Part shown: one piece after another, positions 1 to 10,309 of the stretch
Numbering within the stretch: the stretch's first letter is position 1
How the letters are laid out: the number at the start of each line of letters is the position of its first letter
NCBI RefSeq assembly: GCF_006345805.1
Contig: NC_043004.1
Coordinates: 31,620,001 to 31,684,000, forward strand
DNA from: Octopus sinensis
Lineage: Eukaryota
Length of the DNA stretch: 64,000 bases
Reading direction: 5' to 3'
Program-made: the position numbers and the translations under genes
The notes under the pieces: generated by a model
Told to the model about the DNA's origin: nothing
Databases searched by the model: none
What the model saw: the letters and a program-made list of their open reading frames with translations, nothing else

Positions 1-70
1 TCCATTACTATTTCTGAACTGATATCCTGCCTTTGCCTTCCTTAATACTAAACTGAGAGGGAATCATTCA

Positions 71-285
71 GGTGGTGAGCTCGCAGAATCGTTAGCACGC
101 CGGGCAAAATACTTGGCAGCATTTCGTCAGTCCTTTTGTTCTGAGTTCAAATTTCAACGAGGTCGACTTTGCCTTTCATCCTTTCAAGGTCGATAAAAAT
201 TAGTATCAGCTGAGTACTAGGGTCAATGTAATCAACTTACCCCCCACCACCGAATTTGCTGACCTTGAGCCAAAATTTGAATCTA
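71..285 (+). mobile_element. tRNA-derived SINE, octopus OK/OR-like family A
   Basis: GGTGGTGAGCTCGCAGAATCGTTAGC head, GAGTTCAAATT B-box and GGTCGACTTTGCCTTTCATCCTTT body shared with many copies in the window. Confidence 0.8.
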
Positions 286-286
286 C

Positions 287-319
<33 letters not shown>

Positions 320-1289
320 CGTCGTCGTCATTATCGACATTATTATTTTATTATTTCCATTTTACTTCTCAGAGCCCTCGATTTTACTCACTCCGGTTAA
401 TTCTGAAAGAGCGGACAACAACTTGTTGTCAAAGGTTTCACTGGGTCTCTTTCCACACCAAGTACCCATCGCAAAATCCTCACTGTCCCAAACAAAGCAT
501 GTTCTGAGCATGATTTCCCCTCATATCAATTCCAATTTCTCCAACATGTTTCCCAAACCAGGTTATTAGTGCTCCCAGAGCCTCTGCAACTGCTGGGATG
601 GCAGTTACTCTCTTCATTGCATATCTTCATGCAATTTTGTCCTTTAGTAGTTTGTATTTTTCAGCCTGTTCCAGCTCTTTGTCACCCACGCGTGCGTTCC
701 CAAATATGGTGAGTATCTATGACCTTAGTTGCTTTCTTCCTTTTATCCACTACAACAATATCCGGTCTCGGGGCATCACCCGCTGAGTCACATTGGATTG
801 CAAAGTCCCGTGAGATCCTACTTTCACTATTGTCGGTGACGCCTTCTGGTTTATGTTCGTACTATTTCTGTGTTCGTTCAAGACCATACTTCTTACACAA
901 TCTTCAGTGAACAAACTTTGCCACGTTAACGTGTCTCCTTTTGTATTCCTTTCTAGTCAGTTGGCTACACTCACTTACAATACGTATGATTGTTTCGATT
1001 TTGTTGCTACACATCCTACAAAGGAGCGATTCACTGAAACTTGGTGTAATTAGTTTTCAGAGCTTATTCTTGAGTGCTGCATATCAATGTCTCAGTGCAT
1101 CCTTTCAGATCACTTTTCCTTAGCCACCTCCAGGTGTTGGTCTTGTCTTTCCTTTTGATTTCTCTGAGGTATCACTCATGCATCGTTTTAATTTTCCTAT
1201 TGTTTAATCTTTGTTCTCCATGTTGTTTCTTAGATGGTTTTTCGGGGTGTCACGTTTTCACTAGGTATCGTATTATCATTATTCTTTTT

Positions 1290-1415
1290 GCTTTTCATCC
1301 TTTCGGGGTCGATGAAATAAGTACCGGTTGAGCATTGGGGTCTATGTACCCGACGAGTCGCTCCACCAAAATGTCAGCCCTTATGCCTATAGCAGAAAGG
1401 ATTATTATTATTATC
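1290..1415 (+). mobile_element. 5'-truncated family A SINE ending in (ATT)n
   Basis: TTTCATCCTTTCGGGGTCGAT body, tail GCCTATAGCAGAAAGG(ATT)n. Confidence 0.75.
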
Positions 1416-1417
1416 AT

Positions 1418-1795
1418 TCAGTAGTTTTATTTTTAGAGCGTGCTTTCACTTCACTACCGAGCGCAGCTCTGTGTGCCTTAGGTATGTGCTGTGATTTGTT
1501 GTGATGCTCTGATGGTTATTGTATGGAAAGTGTTCTGTGTAGGATGTGTGCAGTGCCTAGTAGTGCAATTTTCTGTATGTTATATGTGTTTGTAAGTCCT
1601 GGTGTTTTTGTTATGTATTTGCCTGAATATTTTTTTATCATGCCTAATGCACCTACTATGATAGGAATTGTTTCTGTTTTTAGATTCCACATTCTGGTTA
1701 CCTCTATTTCCAGGTCTTTGTATTTTGAGAGTTTCTCCATTTCTTTTAGAGACACGTTGTCATCTGCCGGTATTGATACATCAGTTAGAAAGCAT
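1418..1795 (-). mobile_element. 3' fragment of an R4/Dong-type non-LTR retrotransposon (restriction-like endonuclease C-terminus + 3' UTR)
   Basis: Translation DVSIPADDNVSLKEMEKLSKYKDLEIEVTRMWNLKTETIPIIVGALG...IQKIALLGTAHIL is typical of the RLE domain of R4/Dong elements; flanked on both sides by (TAA)n. Confidence 0.8.
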
Positions 1796-1818
1796 TTTAT
1801 TATCATTATTATTATTAA

Positions 1819-1915
1819 GGCGGCGAGCTGGCAGAAACACTGGGGTCGATATAATCTACTAGTCCCCTCCCTCAAAATTTCAAGCCTTGTGCCTTTAGTA
1901 GAAAGGATTATTATT
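1819..1915 (+). mobile_element. Internally deleted family A SINE (head joined directly to tail)
   Basis: GGCGGCGAGCTGGCAGAAAC fused to ACTGGGGTCGAT...AGTAGAAAGG(ATT)n. Confidence 0.7.
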
Positions 1916-1960
1916 ATAGCTGCTGTTGCTGTTGTTGCTGTTGCTGTTGTTGTTGTTGTA

Positions 1961-2110
1961 GGTCTGTGAGCTGGTAGAATTGTTAGCGCATCGAACAAAA
2001 TGCTTAGCGGCATTTTGCCCATTTTTAGGTTCTGGGTTCAAATACCGCCGACGTCGATTGCATTTTATCCTTTTGGGGTCAATAAGCACCAGTTAAGTAG
2101 TGGAGCTGAT
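1961..2110 (+). mobile_element. Family A SINE, diverged
   Basis: GAGCTGGTAGAATTGTTAGC head and GGGTTCAAATACC B-box. Confidence 0.7.
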
Positions 2111-2186
2111 GCAAATACATACATACATACATACATACATACATACATACATACATACATACATACATACATACATACATACATAC

Positions 2187-2300
2187 AAAAATACCCTGTT
2201 GTTGACGTTGAAATTCCAATGAAGTAGCCATGGATCTAGGTTAGAAACCAGTTCTTTCTCTATTGCCAAGAAATCTTGAAATAAACTGAAAAATGACATG
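2187..2300. repeat. ~110 bp dispersed element embedded in (ACAT)n (second copy at 52345-52435)
   Basis: CCCTGTTG..GTTGAAATTCCAATGAAG.AGCC.TGGATCTAGG...GAAAC..G.TCTTTCT.TATTG.CAAGAAAT is shared by both copies. Confidence 0.75.
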
Positions 2301-2389
2301 ACATACATACATACATACATACATACATACTACATACATACATACATACATACATACATACATAAATACATACATACCTACATATAATG

Positions 2390-2605
2390 CTTTCTAGTAT
2401 AGGCACTAGACCGGAAATTTTTTTGTTGGTTGGGGTGGATAGCCGATTACACTGACCCCAGCTCGACTGGTACTTGTTTCGTCGTCTTCGAAAGGTTGAA
2501 ACACAAAGTCGAAATCGGCGACATTTGACCTCAGAACCTAAAGACGGACGACATGTCGCTAAGCATTTTGTCCGTCGTGCTAAAGATTTTGCCAGTTTGC
2601 CGCCT
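2390..2605 (-). mobile_element. Family A SINE
   Basis: Reverse complement reads AGGCGGCAAACTGGCAAAATCTTTAGCACG... with the conserved body. Confidence 0.75.
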
Positions 2606-2663
2606 AATAACATAAATATAATACAATATAATACACGCCTATGTAGATAGGCATATATGTATA

Positions 2664-3030
2664 GGCGCAGGCGTGATTGTGTGGTAAGAAGCTTGCTTCC
2701 CAACCACATGGTTCCAGGTTCTGTCCAACTGCGTGGCACCTTGAGCAAATATCTTTTATTATAGACTCGAGCCGACAAAGACTTGCGACTGGATTTGGTA
2801 AACGGAAATTGAAAGAAGCCCGTCATATGTGTTCGTGTGTGCGCGCGCATGTCAGTTTGTCCCACCGATGTTGCTATGTTTACGTCTCCGTAACTTAGCG
2901 GTTCGGCAAAAGGACCGGTAGAATAAGTACTAGGCTTACAAAGAATAAGTCCTGGGGTCGATTTCTTCGACTAAAAGACCCTTTAAGGCGGTGCTCCAAG
3001 TAAACAAGTAAAAGAATAAAAGAATAAAAG
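2664..3030 (+). mobile_element. tRNA-derived SINE family B (OR-like; CORE/Meta-type central domain)
   Basis: GGCGCAGGCGTGATTGTGTGGTAAG head, GTGGCACCTTGAGCAA segment, GGCGGTGCTCC...(AAAAGAAT)n tail; same family at 5129, 52995 and 63192. Confidence 0.8.
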
Positions 3031-3039
3031 AATGCATAC

Positions 3040-3071
3040 ATGCACACAGACAGACAGACAGACAGACAGAC

Positions 3072-3122
<51 letters not shown>

Positions 3123-3148
3123 TAGATAGATAGATAAATAGATAGATA
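3040..3148. repeat. (CAGA)n/(TAGA)n microsatellite; second array at 3587-3858
   Basis: Direct reading. Confidence 0.95.
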
Positions 3149-3586
3149 TGTTTCTTTATTAGCCACACAGGGCTGCACACAGACGGGACAAATTACAAGG
3201 TAGAGCTTTTCTTTTTGGAGATAAAAAAAAGGTGGGTTGGTTTTCGATCAAAAGGGATCGTAAATGGAAAGAAAAAGAAAAGCAAAAAAAAAGAAAAAAA
3301 AAGAAAAAGAAAAAATCGATCAATAGGGATCGTTATCACAGAAATGTCAATGTAAAGTGTAAAGGGGAAGACAGGTGAGTTTTACCCGTGGAAAGAAAAG
3401 CATACGGAAAAGACCACGGTAACCTCGGTCAACGAAGTCACATGTTATATTTTTTTACAAATAAGCAACTCCATGTATTAATTTTACGGTTCATAGAATC
3501 ATAAGTCAAGGTGGCTTCGTCATTCATACGTGACATCCTTGCTACATTCACCCATCTTTTTTTAAAACATTCACTAGACAAAACTT
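3149..3586 (-). mobile_element. 3' end of a Tx1/L1-clade LINE (ORF2 C-terminus + 3' UTR with AATAAA)
   Basis: Minus strand encodes ..ECFKKRWVNVARM.., matching ..MFENRWKNVARM.. at the end of ORF2 of the Tx1 copy at 14.0 kb; flanked on both sides by (GATA/GACA)n. Confidence 0.75.
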
Positions 3587-3627
3587 AGATAGATAGATAG
3601 TAGATAGATAGATAGATAGATAGTAGA

Positions 3628-3667
<40 letters not shown>

Positions 3668-3672
3668 AAGAC

Positions 3673-3733
<61 letters not shown>

Positions 3734-3734
3734 T

Positions 3735-3805
<71 letters not shown>

Positions 3806-3817
3806 TATAGATAGATT

Positions 3818-3856
<39 letters not shown>

Positions 3857-4569
3857 GATAGAGTGCATTGTTAATAAAACGAAATCAATGAATATGAGGG
3901 GTGTCAACGAAATGAAAAACAAATAAATAAATGAATGAATAAATAAATAAATAAATAAATAAATAAAGGAGTCCACTTACTGTCATTGAATCCTCGATCC
4001 CCTGTAATTCGACAGAGAAGGTTCGAATAATTAAAATTCTCCATTCCACAGTATTAGAAATAGTTTAAGAGAATTGTTAGAAATACAGCAGAACGTTTAC
4101 ATGTAACGGTAGCTTTCACTATCATTGTTCCGACCACTGTCATTGTATATAACCGTGTGCATGCAAAAGTGTGTACATTTATATATAATATATATATATA
4201 CATCTATATATAAGTGCGTGTATAAACGTGAGTCTCAACGTCTCTGACATCGCTTAGTTACATTATCATGTTTGCCTGTTGTCTAGAATGTCAAGCACAT
4301 CGCTTTTCTTCTATAACTGACTAACAATCGTGTTTTCTGATTAAACTTTTTCTCATATAGCATCGTGTGGCATTCCTCTTCCTCTTCCCCTCCTCCTCAC
4401 CTCCTCCTCCCCCTCCTCCCTCTCCATGCATATGCGTGTGTACACCTTTATACATACATACGGAAAGATACGCACGCACATGCAAACACACACACGCATA
4501 CACACATACACACAAATACATACACACACAGATTTACCTCCATGTGTATATGAAGACATACATACATAT

Positions 4570-4672
4570 ATGGATGGATGGATGGATGTGGATGGATGGA
4601 TGGATGGATGGATGGATGGATGGATGGATGGATGGATGGATGGATGGATGGATGGATGTGCGGATGGATGGA
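4570..4672. repeat. (GGAT)n microsatellite
   Basis: Direct reading. Confidence 0.95.
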
Positions 4673-4880
4673 CAGCCGAATTGACAGTTTCATGGAAGTT
4701 CATAAAACAGAAGGATGGGTTGATGAATGGAGAGACATGTGATTGTGCGTGTATGTTTGTTTGTGTAAATGTTTATATGTGTATTTGCATGCGTATATGT
4801 ACAATGCATCAATTTATATCTAAGTGCATATGACTGTGTGAACTTTTGCAGCATGTGTATATATATACCTGTCAACGTAC

Positions 4881-4915
<35 letters not shown>

Positions 4916-4977
4916 TGTATGTATGTATGTATGTATACATATAAAGTTAATCCAAACATGAAAACACATGTATGTAA

Positions 4978-4978
<1 letters not shown>

Positions 4979-5008
<30 letters not shown>

Positions 5009-5023
5009 ATATACATATATATA

Positions 5024-5120
<97 letters not shown>

Positions 5121-5128
5121 TATATATA
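4979..5128. repeat. (TA)n microsatellite
   Basis: Direct reading. Confidence 0.95.
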
Positions 5129-5525
5129 GGTGCAAGAGTGGCTGTGTGGTAAGTAGCTTGCTTACCAACTACATGGTTCCAGGTTCAGTCTCACTGGACA
5201 AGTGTCTTCTACTATAGCCTTGGGCCGACCAAAGCCTTTTGAATGGATTTGGTAGAGGGAAACTGAAAGAAGCACGTCGTGTATGTTTGTGTGTGTGTGT
5301 GAGTGTGTTTGTGCTTGTGTGTGTGGTTGTCTAGTTAGAATTTTGTTCCCCAACGAATTTTGCTTCCCAATCGGTGCTGCTGTGTTTACGTCCCAGTGAA
5401 CAAGCGGTTCGGCAAAAGAAGTGCGATAGATTAAATGAGTAAGTACTGTGATCGATTCATTCCACTGAAAATTCTTCAAGACGGTGCCTCAGCATAACCG
5501 TAGCCTAATGACTAAAACATGTAAA
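5129..5525 (+). mobile_element. Family B SINE
   Basis: GGTGCAAGAGTGGCTGTGTGGTAAGTAGC head; AAGACGGTGCCTCAGCAT...AATGACTAAAAC tail. Confidence 0.8.
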
Positions 5526-5559
5526 TGATATATGTATATGTATTTATACAAACATTGTT

Positions 5560-5855
5560 CATATTATATATATATAAACAGAATGAGATAAAAACCCAAG
5601 GCTGTGAAAGATTTCAGAACATTTATAAATAGGTCTTACAGCTGTTTCCGGGATATTTTATATATCCCTTCATCGGAAACGGTGTGAGAAAATGGTTCAA
5701 TAACAGTTATTCTAGATAAGATATGAAATAGATAGTGAAGTGGAGGAATGAAAATAGACGTGAGATATTGCATCTTCAGTTCCATTATTTAGGCAGAATG
5801 GTATACATATAAGATCCTTGTACCTTGTGAGTAAGTTCCAGTAGTATTTAAGATA
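5560..5855 (-). mobile_element. Inverted Penelope-like pseudo-LTR fragment with a degenerate hammerhead
   Basis: 5765-5850 is an inverted copy of about 7045-7122; hammerhead-like motif at 5633-5680 on the minus strand. Confidence 0.65.
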
Positions 5856-6135
5856 TGCCGCTCACCTCCATTCTTTTAAATACGATAAACATAGTAAATC
5901 TACAACACTCGCCAACCACATAAATCATCTCAAAAATACAAATATACCCTATACTTTATCATTGTCCATACTGGATCCAAGGCTTCCCTACCGAGGTCAA
6001 CGCTCAACCTGCAAGCTTTGCCTGAAGGAGGCGCTTCACATAATAAAGTACAACTCTCCAACACTGCTAAATAAACATAATGAGGCACTAAGCACATGCA
6101 ACCACCGCTTTTTTCACACATTCAAATTCTGCCAC
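5855..6135 (+). mobile_element. Penelope-like element, C-terminal GIY-YIG fragment
   Basis: HSKSTTLANHINHLK...STCKLCLKEALHII...LLNKHNEALSTCNHRFF parallels SCRLCMKESLYIL...EAFSTCRHRFY at 9.65-9.75 kb. Confidence 0.75.
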
Positions 6136-7163
6136 AAATCCAAATGCCTAAATGACCATACGGTATATTTCCACAATACCCCTTAGGTAATCCCAATAAC
6201 CTTATAAATCTACATTTTAACTCCTAATTCCTATCTAATTCCTCTTTTATACATGAATATCCCAATCATTTAATTGTATTTATATTATGTGCGTACGTAC
6301 ATATGTACGGGTATCTGTGTGTCTATGTGTGCGTGTCTGTGTGTATGTATGTATGCAAGGTATATATACCTGCATGTGCAGGGGTGATAATACATACAGA
6401 TACACGTATATATGGGTGTGCGTATATGCATATACGTATGAGTACGTGTTGTATGTGTCGGTGTTGATGCGTATAAATATTTATACGCATGTTTAATATA
6501 TGCATGTGTATACATCTTCACTTATATATATATATTCTTCTACTACTAAGCACTGACCTTTCCTCTAAGTAAACTAACCAATATTCCCAAATTCTTCATT
6601 CCACCATTTTACTACTCCGCTCTCTGCCCCTCACTTAGACTCTATCACTACATACTTGACACTCCTTTACTATTTACCCTCTCATCTTTTTACACTCTCA
6701 TATCTTTCTCTCTCTATCACCCTCACCCCCCATTCCTTCTACCTAATACTCCTTTACCCTTTACACCCTTATGTCTTTCTCTCTATCACCCTCACCTCCC
6801 CGTTCCTTCTATCAATTTATCCTGACTGACCTCAAACCAGTGCACTTTCCCTCTCTTCATTTCTTTATTATCTCACCCCCGCCTTTCTTTTTTCTTTTTT
6901 CTTTCTTTATTTTTTCCTTTCTTTTTTCCTCTCTTCCTGTTTTTGATTTGACCTTACAAACACATTCCCAACTTTTAAGTCACTTAAAAAAACCCTCGAT
7001 TCAATAACACCGTTTACAAACTCTATGCTTGGAATGACCAATATTAAATACTATTGATACCTACAAGGTACAAGAATCTTATATGTACACCATTCTGCCT
7101 AAATAAGGGAACTGAAGATACAGTAAACTACCATTCGGTAAATTATACAAATTTCACATTTTA

Positions 7164-7255
7164 TATCTCTGAAGAGCAGAAGAGTTGTCTATAAATGCTT
7201 ATCAATATAGGATTCCATTATGGGGACAGCACTTCTGCGAAACGATCGTAAGATG
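7164..7255 (+). ncRNA. Type I hammerhead ribozyme in the Penelope pseudo-LTR
   Basis: Stem I ATCT (7165-68)/AGAT (7251-54); core CTGAAGA (7169-75); helix II GCAGAAG/CTTCTGC extended by GTTGTC/GACAGC; GAAA (7239-42); palindromic helix III ACGATCGT; cleavage triplet GUA (7248-50). Confidence 0.85.
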
Positions 7256-7602
7256 CTTCAAAAACTTAATTCGAAACTTTTAAAATGTCATTATTATATA
7301 TTTATACTCATACATATTTACATATATTTATATATATTTATATTTTTAATACAACAATTATTTTACACACGTATATATCTTTCTGAAGAATTTTCTAATA
7401 TTGATTTCCTGATATTAATAATAATATATTATATAAAATATATATAATCGCTCATATTGAATACATAAATACTTCAATAGTATTCATACTTTAATACAAT
7501 AAAGCACTCAATATAAATTCAGTATATAATATTCTCATTGAATATATTTAACTAAAGATTTATGTACTCCGCTCTATATACGAAGAGCACTCAATACTGA
7601 AT

Positions 7603-9770
7603 TTGTTAAGCATGGAAAAACAATATCTGGGAATTTCACTTAAAGATATACCAATTCCTTCCAAGGACACATATTTATTATCATTATTTCAGAAAACAGG
7701 TGACCTAATTAAACGAATGAGATGGAGAGAATTCTTTTATGATAACAAAGGAACTATAAAAGACCAAAGGAATAATACTTATGGACTTAAATCATATAAA
7801 AACCCTCCACATAATCCACTACTAATAGACTTAGAAAATGCAATTTTAGAAATGTTAAATCCATAAAATTCTCTACATTTTATTCCAAATATCAAAAGAA
7901 TCTTACTATTACGCATCCATATCACCAATTATATTAAATAAAGCTATAATTTTAGCCAAGAATCATACTGACATTACACCATTGGAAATTGATATTATTC
8001 TATTAGCTAGAAAAACACTTATTAAATTCAATGACAAATTATGCTGCCGATCTGGTAATAATAGTTTATTTAATTTATTTAATATTACAATGGGATCGTC
8101 CGATTCGGCACAAATCACAGATCTAATAGGATTATATTTATTATATGAGACTAAACACTACTTCCAATCTCTGACGGGAGGATTATATAGAGATGACGCA
8201 CTCCTAGTCTATAACGGTAGATCCAAAAGAAAAATAGGAAAAATGAGAGAGGAATTACAAAAATTTAATAAAATGTTTGGTGTATCTATCCATATTTGAG
8301 GAAGGTTATTCTAAAGCAAATTTGTTTGACGTAACCTTAGTCCTTAATAATTCAACCTACTCTCCATTTCATAATCGTAATGAATATCTTAAATATATAA
8401 ATATTAATTCAAATCATCATATATCATTACTTAAACGTATCGTAAATAGTATATCTACTTGAATATCTGACCTATCTTATAATGAAGAAATTTTTAATAA
8501 TCATGCCAATTATTACAATCAGGCTTTAGCTGCTAGTAGATTCAAACAAAATATTAAATACACAAAGGATACTAAACTAAAAAATTTACATAGCACAAAT
8601 AGAATTAAACAAAACTACATGCGATGCTAAAATAAGAAATAAAGATAACTTTAACTACAACAATAATACGCAAGTAATACAAAATGACGAAACTTCTATA
8701 TAAACAATAAAAACTTAGAAAGATTAATGATAGGCAAAGAACTAAATATAATAACAATAAATACTCAGTGAAAAATATACAAATCCCAAAACCAATATAT
8801 AAATGTAATAAACTACCTAATAGGAGCAGAAAGAGAGAAATTATTTGGTACACACCTCCATTTTCATTAAATGTTAAGGGTTTAGCAAAAAAGTTTTTAA
8901 ATATAGTTAAAAAAAAGTTTTCCTATGAATCATAGATATCACCACATATTTAATAGATCATCAATTAAAATATCCTTCTCTACAACACCAAGCATAGGAT
9001 TTATTATCGCCTGTTCTAATAAAAGAAACTTAATAAATATAAAACAGCTGTAATAATAATAACAATAACAATAACAATAACAAGATAGCAATAGGAGTAT
9101 ATATAATACTCAAAATACTGGAACACCTAACAATAGTATTGATATAACAAAACCCTTGCAAAATTCTAACTACCATGCATTTGAAAATATACAAAAGGCC
9201 TTAGATAATACAATACCACAAGCTAATAAAAATTTAAATAATTCACAAACAATAAATGTATCTAACTCTACGATAAATATTACTACAATAAATTCAATAA
9301 TATCATACACTACAAATAATCATAGCAAAAGAAGACACTATTCATCTGAACAGAAATATAAAAATAAAAACTGCTCATGTAAAATTAAAAAATTATGCCC
9401 TTTAAAATGCAATTGTAGAAGATTTAACGTGATATACAAATGCATAGTTACATTAATTAATAATTCACATAGTATGGTATATGTAGGTAGTTCCGTTAAT
9501 TTTAAACAAAGCTTTTTAGCACACACACTCTTTTAAGCCAAATATAGCTACCTTGTTATTAGCTACATATATACATAAAATTAAGAAAAATAAAGTTAAC
9601 TATAGATTAGACTGGTCAATAATAGATTAAGCCACACATAAATATAATAGTTGCCGTCTCTGTATGAAGGAATCACTATATATATTATAAGAACTTAATA
9701 AATTGTCAATCAGAAGCATTTTCAACATGTAGACATAGGTTTTATAAAACCTTCAAATATTATAGGAGAT
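7603..9770 (+). mobile_element. Penelope-like retroelement ORF (RT + GIY-YIG), disrupted
   Basis: SLKDIPIPSK...IKRMRWREFF N-terminus; FNITMGSSDSAQITDLIGLYLL and GLYRDDAL RT motifs; CPLKCNC...VIYKC...VYVGSS GIY-YIG; frameshifts and a deletion near 7.9 kb that removes the proximal RT motifs. Confidence 0.88.
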
Positions 9771-10309
9771 CTAATAAAGACTTAGATTAGTGACTATATA
9801 TATGTTTTGTTTTTTGAGATATTAAAATATAAGGTGATAATTATAAATAGATTAATTGGAATTATTTGACTATACGTACATTTACATGACATAAATTATA
9901 CATTAAATAAATATTGAATAGCTATTCTTGGAATTAGAACCCGTGCACATCTAATCTATAACAAATGGACAGTTATAATCGCATTAAATTTTAAAATCTA
10001 AAAATTTTAATTGGCATCTTCCAATTATACAAATAAAAATATAAAAGAAATATTTTCACCAATTTATAATTTAATAATTTCACACATAAAATTTCACGTA
10101 TAATTTTATTTTATATTATTTAAGTCTACGGACTATATTTGGAATACAGGACAATATAATGGTCGTTTGACTGGTAATTATCATTTTCTTAGTGCAAATT
10201 CCATTATTGATACCTGTAATTGTGTTCTCTGTAATTGTATTGTCTGTGTTTTACATACTGTTTATTGAAAAACGGTTAATTGCATCTTGGAAGTAGCTTA
10301 TTGAAATTC

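Noticed and set aside
256-5217. Numerous short ORFs with poly-L, YIYI, IHTY or LSIY runs (also 62351-63022)
   Set aside because: Microsatellite translations.
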